The notes beneath the pieces were generated by a model. The model worked only from the letters and a program-made list of their open reading frames with translations, ran no database searches and was not told the origin of the DNA. The position numbers and the translations under genes are program-made. Shown one piece after another: positions 22,283-30,647 of a stretch of DNA of 64,000 nt (position 1 is its first letter; each line of letters starts with the position of its first letter). The DNA is from Candidatus Omnitrophota bacterium (lineage in GTDB: Bacteria > Omnitrophota > Gorgyraeia > JACQQV01): positions 65,889 through 129,888 of the forward strand of contig JACQQV010000048.1 of NCBI GenBank assembly GCA_016206785.1. The letters are read 5' to 3'.

Positions 22283-23760
22283 GACCTCTACTCTTTGAAA
22301 TCGGTTCAACGGGACGGAGAGGCACCTCCTTGCCGGCGCTTGAGTTTCCCCGCAAGGAGGTTTCCTCATTCCTCCCCTTTCACCTCCTTCGCAAAAATCC
22401 TCCCGAGCTTCCGGAGGTGAGCGAACTCGATGTGGTACGTCATTACACCTCTCTTTCTAAAAAGAATTTCTCCGTCGACGCCAACTTCTATCCTCTCGGT
22501 TCTTGCACCATGAAATACAATCCGAAGGTGAATGAAGATGTGGTCAAACAGATCGGTTTTTTGAACCTCCACCCTTATCAAGAGGAGGAGACCGTGCAAG
22601 GGGTTCTTGAACTCTTGTACAACCTTGAAAAAATACTCTGCGAAATCGTCGGTGTCGATGAGTTCTGTCTTCAACCGGCTGCGGGGGCCCAAGGGGAATT
22701 TACCGGTCTTCTCATCATGCATGCCTACCATTCAGACCGCGGAAATCCTCGGAAGAAAATTCTTGTCCCCGACTCTTCCCATGGGACAAATCCGGCAAGC
22801 GCTGCCCTCTGCGGCTACGAGGTGATTCAGGTCAAATCCAACGCAAGAGGCCGTGTCGACTTGGATGAACTCCGTCGCCTCCTGGATCAAAATGTGGCGG
22901 GGATGATGCTCACCAATCCGAATACGTTAGGTCTTTTTGAGGATGAGGTCTCTGAGATTGCAAAACTTGTCCATGAAGTGGAGGGCCTTCTCTATTATGA
23001 TGGGGCTAACCTGAATCCACTCCTTGGGATGGCCCGCCCTGGAGACATGGGATTCGACATTGTGCATCTGAACACGCATAAGACCTTCTCCACCCCCCAT
23101 GGGGGGGGAGGGCCGGGGGCAGGGCCGGTGGGAGTGAAAAAGTTTCTTTCCAAATATCTCCCTACACCGCGCATCGTTCAAGAAAAAGAGCTTTTCAGGA
23201 TAAAGCATGACTTTCCGAAATCGGTTGGAAAACTGACCGCCTTTTATGGAAACACAGGAGTTCTCCTTCGTGCCTATGCCTATATTCGCTCTTTGGGGAG
23301 GGAAGGACTCCTGCGAACCGGCCAGCACGCGATTTTAAATGCCAATTACCTTTTGAAGGGTCTTAAGACCTTTTATGAGGTCGCTTATCCAGAAATGTGC
23401 ATGCATGAATTCGTACTCACGGCAACGCGGCAGAAAGAGAAAGGGGTGAGGGCCTTGGACATCGCCAAGCGACTCATCGATTTCGGTATCCATCCCCCCA
23501 CGATCTATTTCCCTCTCATTGTGCCAGAGGCCATGATGATCGAGCCGACTGAGACAGAAAGCCGACAGACCCTCGATCACTTCATAGAGGTAATGAAAAC
23601 GATTGCCAAAGAGGTGGAAGAGAACCCGACCCTTTTCCGCCAGGCCCCGATGTCGGCCCCGGTCCGACGGCTCGATGAGGTCTGGGCGGCACGCCATCCG
23701 GTGCTTAAGTGGGAGAAGAAAAAACGTGATGAAATCCCTGTGGCGTCTTATTCCGCATGA
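22279..23760 (+). CDS. gcvPB: glycine dehydrogenase (decarboxylating) subunit 2
   Basis: PLP lysine region HLNTHKTFSTPHGGGGPG. Confidence 0.92.
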   Translation: MRPLLFEIGSTGRRGTSLPALEFPRKEVSSFLPFHLLRKNPPELPEVSELDVVRHYTSLSKKNFSVDANFYPLGSCTMKYNPKVNEDVVKQIGFLNLHPYQEEETVQGVLELLYNLEKILCEIVGVDEFCLQPAAGAQGEFTGLLIMHAYHSDRGNPRKKILVPDSSHGTNPASAALCGYEVIQVKSNARGRVDLDELRRLLDQNVAGMMLTNPNTLGLFEDEVSEIAKLVHEVEGLLYYDGANLNPLLGMARPGDMGFDIVHLNTHKTFSTPHGGGGPGAGPVGVKKFLSKYLPTPRIVQEKELFRIKHDFPKSVGKLTAFYGNTGVLLRAYAYIRSLGREGLLRTGQHAILNANYLLKGLKTFYEVAYPEMCMHEFVLTATRQKEKGVRALDIAKRLIDFGIHPPTIYFPLIVPEAMMIEPTETESRQTLDHFIEVMKTIAKEVEENPTLFRQAPMSAPVRRLDEVWAARHPVLKWEKKKRDEIPVASYSA

Positions 23761-24355
23761 AACGGAGGAAGGATCTTACAATCTCGAGTTTGACGCCCAA
23801 CTTCTAAAAGAAAAACTCCCTTATCCGATCCTCCGCTTTTATTCCTGGAAAGAGCCCTGCCTCTCCTACGGTTATTTTCAAAAGAAGCCTTCTTTATTAG
23901 GGAATCTCCCTGCCTACCGGCGCGTGACCGGAGGGGGAATCGTTTTTCATGATAAGGACCTTACCTACTCCTTGACCTATCCCCGCGGTTCAGTACTTCC
24001 CTGGAGTGTGAAGCGCTCTTACGTGGAGATTCACCGGATCGTTCAGAGGTCTCTCCACTTTCTTGGCATTGAAACGATCCAATGCGTGGAAGAGAAACGT
24101 GGTGATCTTTGCTTCGAGAGTCCCGTCGTCGGAGACCTCCTTTATCGGGGAAAAAAGGTGGCCGGGGCCGCACAACGGCGAGTGAGAAGCCATCTCTTGC
24201 ATCAGGGAACGCTTCTCGTGGAGGAACTCCACCTCGATCGGTTACAATTGATTGATGCGATGATCAAGGCGTTTGAGCAGACCTATCACGTATCGTTCGA
24301 GAAAGTCGGGAATGCGTTGTCCATGGCCCCGTCACGGAGAATAATTTTTGAATGA
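23729..24355 (+). CDS. lipoate-protein ligase/octanoyltransferase family protein (BPL_LplA_LipB domain)
   Basis: RFYSWKEPCLSYGYFQK and GKKVAGAAQRR motifs; sits directly after gcvPB, consistent with GcvH lipoylation; start ATG 23729 overlaps gcvPB. Confidence 0.75.
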   Translation: MKSLWRLIPHETEEGSYNLEFDAQLLKEKLPYPILRFYSWKEPCLSYGYFQKKPSLLGNLPAYRRVTGGGIVFHDKDLTYSLTYPRGSVLPWSVKRSYVEIHRIVQRSLHFLGIETIQCVEEKRGDLCFESPVVGDLLYRGKKVAGAAQRRVRSHLLHQGTLLVEELHLDRLQLIDAMIKAFEQTYHVSFEKVGNALSMAPSRRIIFE

Positions 24356-25085
24356 CTCAAAAGTTCTCATCGTAAAAAACGTTTCACGTGAAGGGGGCGG
24401 TCTCTTTGAGATGATATTAACAGAACAAAACATCCCTTACGAGATCATCGATTTCGATAAGGGAGAGGCCTTTCCATCTCCAAGGAAATGTAGCGCGCTG
24501 ATCGTGTTAGGCGGCCCTGACAGCGCCAATGACAAGACGCCAAAAATGAAGGAACAACTTGGAAGAATTCGGGAAGCTCTCTCTTTGGGGATCCCGTATC
24601 TTGGGATTTGCCTTGGCCTTCAAACTTTGGTCAAGGGGGCAGGAGGCGGGGTGGTCAAGAGCCCTGTCCAAGAGATCGGATTCCGTGATCCGAAGGGAAA
24701 TCCCTTTGAAGTTCAGCTGACAGAGGCCGGGAGAAAAGACCCCCTTTTGTCAGGGATTCCAACTTCCTTTAAGGTCTTTCAACTTCATGGGGAAACGGTC
24801 ACCTTAACACCAAGGATGACGCTTCTTGGAAAGGGGGACTTCTGCACGAATCAAATGGTCCGGGTTGGAACCTCGGCCTACGGCTTACAGTTTCATTTGG
24901 AAATGACCTCCGTGATGTTGGACCTTTGGGGCCGTGAGGATTCGGACCTCAAACAGATGAATCAGACAACCCTCCATCAAGAATTTGAAGCGCTTCACGA
25001 AGTATACGAAAAGGTGGGTCGCCGCCTTTTCACAAACTTCCTCCAAATCGCCTCTTTACTCCCGGCTAAAATCAAAGTAGTATAG
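24348..25085 (+). CDS. class I glutamine amidotransferase-like protein
   Basis: Catalytic Cys in GICLGLQ and His-Glu in QFHLE; COG0518-like. Confidence 0.7.
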   Translation: MNDSKVLIVKNVSREGGGLFEMILTEQNIPYEIIDFDKGEAFPSPRKCSALIVLGGPDSANDKTPKMKEQLGRIREALSLGIPYLGICLGLQTLVKGAGGGVVKSPVQEIGFRDPKGNPFEVQLTEAGRKDPLLSGIPTSFKVFQLHGETVTLTPRMTLLGKGDFCTNQMVRVGTSAYGLQFHLEMTSVMLDLWGREDSDLKQMNQTTLHQEFEALHEVYEKVGRRLFTNFLQIASLLPAKIKVV

Positions 25086-25089
25086 AGAT

Positions 25090-25944
25090 ATGAAGGAAGT
25101 GACAGTGTCGAATCTCTTGGAAAAAAAGAGACGGCACGAAAAAATTACAGCACTCACCGCCTATGACACGCCGATGGCGGAGATGTTGGACCGGTTGGGA
25201 ATTGACCTCATCCTCGTTGGCGATTCCGTGGGAATGGTGCTTCTCGGTTATTCCTCAACCCGATTTGTAACCATGGATGAGATGATCCACCATACCAAGG
25301 CGGTCCGGCGTGGGGTGAAGCGGGCGTATCTCGTGGGAGATATGCCTTACCGCTCTTATCAGACACCTGCCGCTGCCTATAAGAATGCCTGTCGTTTTAT
25401 CGATGAAGCGGGGTGTGATGCGGTGAAATTGGAGGGGGGGGAGGCGGTTCTCCCGGTTCTCCGGTTCCTTCGAAAGAAAAAAATTCAGGTACAGGGACAT
25501 CTCGGACTCCTTCCGCAGTCTGTAAAACCGGGTACCCCTTTCCATCTAAAGGCCAAAGATCCACTTTCTGCAAAACAATTGATGGAAGAGGCCTCTCTTT
25601 TAGAAAAAGAAGGGGCTTTTTCAATCATCCTTGAATGTATTCCTTATGAGGTGGGAAGGATGGTTACAGCACTTGTCAAGATTCCGACGATCGGAATAGG
25701 CGCCGGCCCTTTTTGCGACGGCCAGATCCTCGTGACCCATGATCTTCTGGGCCTTTTCCAAACGTTTAAGCCACGGTTTGTGAAGCCGTATGCAGATCTT
25801 GCCCAAAGGGTGGGCCGCGCCGTAGCCACCTATCGGAGGGAGGTATCCAACCGTTCCTTTCCGACCCTGCACCATTCGTTTTCTATGGCACCGGAAGCAT
25901 TGAGACAATTGAAGAGGATAACACAGTCTCTTCGCCATGATTAA
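25090..25944 (+). CDS. panB: 3-methyl-2-oxobutanoate hydroxymethyltransferase (ketopantoate hydroxymethyltransferase)
   Basis: ITALTAYDTPMAEMLDRLGIDLILVGDS signature. Confidence 0.9.
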   Translation: MKEVTVSNLLEKKRRHEKITALTAYDTPMAEMLDRLGIDLILVGDSVGMVLLGYSSTRFVTMDEMIHHTKAVRRGVKRAYLVGDMPYRSYQTPAAAYKNACRFIDEAGCDAVKLEGGEAVLPVLRFLRKKKIQVQGHLGLLPQSVKPGTPFHLKAKDPLSAKQLMEEASLLEKEGAFSIILECIPYEVGRMVTALVKIPTIGIGAGPFCDGQILVTHDLLGLFQTFKPRFVKPYADLAQRVGRAVATYRREVSNRSFPTLHHSFSMAPEALRQLKRITQSLRHD

Positions 25945-27646
25945 GCGATTCCTCCTTTTTATTTTCTGGACAGGGGCGACCCTTCTGGCGATTTACCAGC
26001 TGTTGACCTCAAACCTCCTCTCCCCATTGGCTAAAAGGATTTTCCCTGCCGGGGAGGGAGAGACCCGCTTAAGAGCCCCAAAGAAACTTCCCAAAGACAA
26101 CGCGGTGACGCTCCATCTTAAAAATGGGAGTGTCATTAGTGGAGAATTTCTCTGGGAAGATGAGGCGCGGGTCATGATGAGGTGGCAGGGAGGAGACGTA
26201 GCATTTGTAAAGGAAGAGATCGAAAGAATTGAGAGAGGAAAAGTCCGCACCGAGAAAGAAGGGATGCTCTTTCCGGAGAGGGCCCCGGAAGAATGGCCTT
26301 ACCGCAATGACGTGGTCGTTGTGCTGAAGAACCAACAGATGCTGGATGAAAAGATCGCCTCCGTCGAGAAGGATGCCGTGATCCTTAGGCGAGAGTTGGA
26401 AGAGGGAGGAGTGATTGAGCAGGAGATCCATCGTTTGGACATCGAGTATCTTTCCTTTAAGCCGATCCGGAATGAACGAAGCCGGAGAATCGAGGAAGCA
26501 CTCCGGACGCAATTTCCGAAGATGAAGTGGTACAGGGACGGGGCCTTCCTCTTGATCACCGATTCTTATGCCACGTGGGTGGATGAATACCGCAAGACGA
26601 TCCGCGACCTAAGGACCGATTTTTATCTCACCTTTTTCCCGCTCCTCAAGGACCGGGAGCCGAAGGTCGCTCATTATGTGGTGATTTTCGATGAATGGGG
26701 AGATTTCATCGAATACGCCGCTTCCGACGGGGTTCCCGGATGGGCGGTGGCCGGTTATTTCTCGCCGACCCACGAAGTTCTTTTCTTATTTAACACACTC
26801 GGAGACACCTTTTCGACACTCATCGAGGAAGCCATTGTGGGCCAGACTGGCCGCGTCATGAATCAGGCGGCGGAAGCCGTGAAAGGTCAGGTGGATAGGC
26901 GTTACCACGTCTTTGTTGAAGGCCAAGCGCATGACATCATGAAGAAATTCGCAGCCTACCATTCGGTCATGAAGGGGTGGTACCGGGATCAGACGATCGA
27001 GACCCTTCGCCACGAAATGACCCACGAACTTTTCCATAACTATGGCCTCCAAGGTATCATCGTCTCCAAGGTGGCGGGTTACGACAAAAAAGAGGCGGAG
27101 AAAAAACGGGCCTTCTTGGAGGAAAAGGACATCCAAAGGAAACGAGAACTTCTTTTGGAATTGGCACAACTCCGTGGGACTTTAGAGACAATTCAGATGG
27201 AAGCCTCCAACTCCTGGTTGGTGGAGGGGCTCGCCGCCTTCATGCAGTCGGTTCCTTTGGGATCCGAAAACCGTCGGTGGCTCTATCTTTATCAGGAGTC
27301 TAAGCGGAAAAATGCCGTTACCCCCATCGAGCATCTCACCGTGTATAAGATGGGCTCCTTTCCGGGGGTGGCGTACGGAGCCATGGAGTATGCCTATGCC
27401 GAAAGCTGGGCTTTTGTCCATTTTTTGATGAGCCGCTATCCCATGCAATTCATGAATTACCTTGAGCGGATGAGCCGCGAAAAACCCAAAGAAGACGAAG
27501 ACATCCTGTGGCTCCTTGAGGCGCTGGGAGTGGAACTGCGAACCCTTGAGAACGAATTCCTTGAATACATGAAACAATTTCAGGAACTGGAAGACCCGTA
27601 TCTGGAACGGATGGATCAGGTCCAGCATATCTTTCAACAAAGGTAA
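25937..27646 (+). CDS. membrane-anchored putative zinc metallopeptidase-like protein (HExxH; peptidase-MA/DUF1570-like)
   Basis: N-terminal TM helix; HEMTHELFH motif plus downstream Glu-rich segments; family not assignable by eye. Confidence 0.6.
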   Translation: MIKRFLLFIFWTGATLLAIYQLLTSNLLSPLAKRIFPAGEGETRLRAPKKLPKDNAVTLHLKNGSVISGEFLWEDEARVMMRWQGGDVAFVKEEIERIERGKVRTEKEGMLFPERAPEEWPYRNDVVVVLKNQQMLDEKIASVEKDAVILRRELEEGGVIEQEIHRLDIEYLSFKPIRNERSRRIEEALRTQFPKMKWYRDGAFLLITDSYATWVDEYRKTIRDLRTDFYLTFFPLLKDREPKVAHYVVIFDEWGDFIEYAASDGVPGWAVAGYFSPTHEVLFLFNTLGDTFSTLIEEAIVGQTGRVMNQAAEAVKGQVDRRYHVFVEGQAHDIMKKFAAYHSVMKGWYRDQTIETLRHEMTHELFHNYGLQGIIVSKVAGYDKKEAEKKRAFLEEKDIQRKRELLLELAQLRGTLETIQMEASNSWLVEGLAAFMQSVPLGSENRRWLYLYQESKRKNAVTPIEHLTVYKMGSFPGVAYGAMEYAYAESWAFVHFLMSRYPMQFMNYLERMSREKPKEDEDILWLLEALGVELRTLENEFLEYMKQFQELEDPYLERMDQVQHIFQQR

Positions 27647-27663
27647 AAATAAAGGAGGTCAAC

Positions 27664-27948
27664 ATGATGACAGGTGGAGTCGCATTACTGCTTGTCTCGG
27701 CAGCGGTCGGTTACTGGGTTTTAGAAAGGGCGAGTACCCAGAAAAAGGACCTCAAAACAATTGGCCAGATTGTCGGAACGGTCATCATCGTGGTCAGTTT
27801 TGCGGGGGTCCTCTGCAAAACCTACTACCTGACCAAATGGGGAAAGGGAGGCTACTATGGGCCGGCAAGGATAGGATGCCCTTTAGGTGCTGATTGCCCA
27901 CAAGGCCCCAACTGCCCCTACAAGAGCAAATCCTCGTCTGGAAAATAG
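27664..27948 (+). CDS. small two-TM membrane protein with Cys/Pro-rich C-terminus (CPLGADCPQGPNCPY)
   Basis: Strong SD AAGGAGG 5 nt upstream of ATGATG; two hydrophobic helices; three CP(x)G-like repeats. Confidence 0.55.
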   Translation: MMTGGVALLLVSAAVGYWVLERASTQKKDLKTIGQIVGTVIIVVSFAGVLCKTYYLTKWGKGGYYGPARIGCPLGADCPQGPNCPYKSKSSSGK

Positions 27949-27969
27949 GAGAGACCTCCGTGAGTCCCA

Positions 27970-28389
27970 ATGCCGATTGAACGCTCCGCAGGGGCGGTCA
28001 TTTTCCGGAAAGAAGCCAAAAAGATCCTCTACCTTCTCCTTCATTACGAAGAGGGGCATTGGGACTTTCCGAAGGGGCATATTGAAAAAGGAGAGAAAAC
28101 CGAAGAGACGATCCGGCGCGAAGTCCGGGAGGAAACCGGTATGACCCAGCTTACCTTTATTCCCGGTTTCAAAGAGACCGTCCGCTATTTTTTTCAGGTC
28201 GGTAGGAAACGGATTATAAAATTTGTCGTTTACACCCTTGCAGAAAGTTCCCAAAAGGATGTTCAACTCTCCTTTGAACATGTCGACTCCCTCTGGCTTC
28301 CCTTTAAAGAAGCGAAAGATCGAATCACCTTCGCCACAAGCCGGAAACTTCTCGAGAAGGCGGATGCCCATTTAAACCTGAAGCATTGA
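27970..28389 (+). CDS. NUDIX hydrolase
   Basis: Nudix box GHIEKGEKTEETIRREVREETG. Confidence 0.85.
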   Translation: MPIERSAGAVIFRKEAKKILYLLLHYEEGHWDFPKGHIEKGEKTEETIRREVREETGMTQLTFIPGFKETVRYFFQVGRKRIIKFVVYTLAESSQKDVQLSFEHVDSLWLPFKEAKDRITFATSRKLLEKADAHLNLKH

Positions 28390-28414
28390 CAAAATGGCAA
28401 GTTTAGTGTATACT
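28386..28414 (+). promoter_or_regulatory. near-consensus sigma70 promoter TTGACA-17-TATACT driving the intergenic structured RNA
   Basis: TTGACA 28386-28391, 17-nt spacer, TATACT 28409-28414; overlaps the NUDIX gene stop. Confidence 0.6.
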
Positions 28415-28420
28415 TATCGT

Positions 28421-28705
28421 TAGAGTTACATTTTGATCCTTCGACAGGCTCAGGATCAATGCTGAGCGAAGTCGAAGCATTGAAAACTGAATAAAGACGA
28501 AAACGCAAACTTCCTGAAAGGGAAGGACGGGCGGGCCCGCCAAAGAGTTTTGGCGGGGGGTGCCCCCTCTCCGAAGCGCGAAGCGCGTTAGGGGGGAGCA
28601 AAACCGTGAACCTACGTTTCGATGGGTAGTCGAGATAAGGTTGTCTGGTTGCCGAAATGCTTTCATCACACCTCATTTCCTTTCTGGAGATGAGGTTTTT
28701 TATTT
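28421..28705 (+). ncRNA. candidate structured non-coding RNA or long cis-regulatory leader (family unassigned) ending in an intrinsic terminator
   Basis: Promoter-to-terminator unit of about 285 nt with no credible ORF. It contains several strong local hairpins (gatcc..ggatc; caatgct..agcattg; ggcgggcccgcc overlapping ccgccaaa-gag-tttggcgg; G6/C5 runs) and a direct repeat CGAAGCGCG x2. Confidence 0.45.
28671..28705 (+). terminator. rho-independent terminator (10-bp stem with one G-U, 5-nt loop, T6AT3 tract)
   Basis: cctcatttcc-tttct-ggagatgagg followed by TTTTTTATTT. Confidence 0.65.
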
Positions 28706-28810
28706 AATGAGCACGCAATTTATGGAACGAAGTGAACATAAGTTGCTGTGCGAATTAAATCCCCCGAAGCCGAAGGCGTAGGGGGATAACCAAACGAGGT
28801 GGTGATATCT

Positions 28811-29422
28811 ATGAAAAAGGTTTCGATTGCACTGATAACACTCTCCTTTATTCTCTTTGCAACACCAGGGGTCCAGGCCCTCATCCTTCCGCAAAGGACA
28901 ATGCAGGAGATGATTGTGGAGGCCAATACCATTGTGGCGGGTCGGTGTACCTCCTTCCATATCCACCCTTCGGAAGAAGGGGAAACTCTTTATGCGATTA
29001 TTTCATTCCGGGTGGATGAGTATCTCAAGAATGATCTCGGAAAAGAAGAAATTCTCCTCATGCAGATTGCCCGCCAGCCAGGGACGGATGGAAAACAGGC
29101 CGTCGGTCCACTTTCTTTCCGAATTGACGAGGAAGCGATTCTATTTCTCACGGAAGAAGATAACCAGGGATTCCGCCATGTCATGGGTCTTTCACAGGGA
29201 AAGTTCTCCGTCACGAGTGACAAAAAAGGACGGAAACTTCTCCTGCGGGAGATGGAAGGCGTCCGCCTTTATAACAAAGAAACAGGTCAGATCGCCTTCG
29301 CAGGGAAAGTTCCCAAGAAAATTGAATATGATCAGTTCAGGGGTTTCGTGAAAGAGACTCTTTCGAAAATCGAAGCGAAAAAAGGGGAATTTATTTCCGC
29401 TTCGACCGCCACCTCTTTTTGA
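28811..29422 (+). CDS. secreted hypothetical protein
   Basis: MKKVSIALITLSFILFATPGVQA signal peptide; SD GAGGTGG upstream; precedes the ECF sigma gene. Confidence 0.7.
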   Translation: MKKVSIALITLSFILFATPGVQALILPQRTMQEMIVEANTIVAGRCTSFHIHPSEEGETLYAIISFRVDEYLKNDLGKEEILLMQIARQPGTDGKQAVGPLSFRIDEEAILFLTEEDNQGFRHVMGLSQGKFSVTSDKKGRKLLLREMEGVRLYNKETGQIAFAGKVPKKIEYDQFRGFVKETLSKIEAKKGEFISASTATSF

Positions 29423-29426
29423 TTTC

Positions 29427-29455
29427 TTGACGTACGCTTCTCGTCAAAGTACAAT
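29427..29455 (+). promoter_or_regulatory. sigma70-like promoter TTGACG-17-TACAAT embedded in an inverted repeat (ttgacg...cgtcaa) immediately upstream of the ECF sigma gene
   Basis: -10 element ends 6 nt before the GTG start at 29462, so the mRNA may be leaderless. Confidence 0.4.
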
Positions 29456-29461
29456 GATCGA

Positions 29462-30070
29462 GTGAAGCGCAGCGCTCAGGAGCTCGTCCGGTTGTGTCTT
29501 AAGAAAGATTCCTTGGCCTGGGAAGAGTTTGTCAGGCGATTCTCAAACCTCATCTATTGGGCCATTGAACGTTCCTTCACAAGGTGCAAGTTTCCGTTCC
29601 ACCCCGAAGACCTCGAGGATGCCTTCCAACAGGTCTTTTCCTATTTGTGGGAAAAAGGTCTTAAGGATGCCGAAGGGGTGGACCGTCTCGAAGGGTGGCT
29701 CGTGATGGTGAGTTACCGGATCGCCATCGATACGGTGCGGAAGGAAGGGGCTTCGGCTCGGAGATCCATCTCTCTTGAAGGGCGCATGGGAACGGAAGGA
29801 GAAAAATCGTTAGCCGATCTTCTTCCGGGCAAAGAGAAAAATCCTCGGGAGCATGCAGAGGAAAAGTTATTTGAGGAATCTCTTCAGGAGATCCTTGGGC
29901 GATTGACGGAGAAAGAATCCTGCGTCCTTCGTCTCAACCTCATCGAGGAGAAGACCCACGCCGAGATCTCGGAGCTTCTTAAGATTCCGATAGGGACGAT
30001 TTCAAGTCTCATTCAGAGGACGAAGGAGAAGGTGGCAAAAGCTCTTAAAGGGCGTCTTGGGGGAAAATAA
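29462..30070 (+). CDS. ECF-type RNA polymerase sigma-70 family factor
   Basis: Sigma2-like region (ELVRLCLKKDSLAWEEFVRRFSNLIYWAI) and sigma4 HTH (EKTHAEISELLKIPIGTISSLIQRTKEKV). Confidence 0.85.
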   Translation: MKRSAQELVRLCLKKDSLAWEEFVRRFSNLIYWAIERSFTRCKFPFHPEDLEDAFQQVFSYLWEKGLKDAEGVDRLEGWLVMVSYRIAIDTVRKEGASARRSISLEGRMGTEGEKSLADLLPGKEKNPREHAEEKLFEESLQEILGRLTEKESCVLRLNLIEEKTHAEISELLKIPIGTISSLIQRTKEKVAKALKGRLGGK

Positions 30071-30593
30071 AATGTTTGATCCAGTTGAAGAGGTGTTAAA
30101 ACAGAGACTCGGAGAAGGGAAAACTCCTTTGCCCGCCCGAAGCGGGGATTGTCCTACAGAGAAAGAACTCTGGGACTACCTGAAGGGTTCATCCGGTCAA
30201 GAAGGGGGAGAGATCGCAGACCACCTCCTCCGTTGTGAGTTCTGTCTTCATGAGCTCCTTCTTGCGCAGGAGGTCCGGCCAGGGATAGGATTCGGCCCCG
30301 CTGAGGAAGTTTCCACCCCTCTTCTCGAAAAGGCAACCCACCTTGCGAAGAAGGGAAAAGCGAAAAAGTCGAAGATGAAAAAGTCTCTCTGGCTTTTTCT
30401 CTCCCTCTTTTTCATTGGCGCCTCTTTCTTTTTCCCACGCTATTTTTTACAATGTCTCACCTTAGGGATTCTCTTCGGCGTCAAGTGGATCTTTGATACG
30501 GCAACCACGAGGTCACTCATTGTGATGTACGAGGCATGGAAAGAGAAGAACCGAGGGTCGGATCGGAAAAAAGATTATAAAACGACGCAATAG
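30057..30593 (+). CDS. putative zinc-binding anti-sigma factor (ZAS-like H-x3-C-x2-C) with C-terminal TM segment
   Basis: HLLRCEFC motif; hydrophobic region LWLFLSLFFIGASFFF; start could instead be ATG 30072, directly after the sigma gene stop. Confidence 0.65.
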   Translation: MGENKMFDPVEEVLKQRLGEGKTPLPARSGDCPTEKELWDYLKGSSGQEGGEIADHLLRCEFCLHELLLAQEVRPGIGFGPAEEVSTPLLEKATHLAKKGKAKKSKMKKSLWLFLSLFFIGASFFFPRYFLQCLTLGILFGVKWIFDTATTRSLIVMYEAWKEKNRGSDRKKDYKTTQ

Positions 30594-30647
30594 TTTGATA
30601 TAGTCTATTGATTTTGAGCCCTCCGTAAGGTAAACTTTATACTTACA

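Noticed and set aside
23090-23115. G-rich homopolymeric stretch in gcvPB
   Set aside because: It encodes the conserved HGGGGPG glycine-rich PLP-site motif, not a phase-variation tract.
28421-28705. Possible cobalamin riboswitch (AAGGGAAGG and AGUCGAGA...CUGGUUGCC resemble B12 elements)
   Set aside because: No GCCACUG box or GGUG...AAUCC core was found; the similarity is too weak to call, so the RNA is left unassigned.
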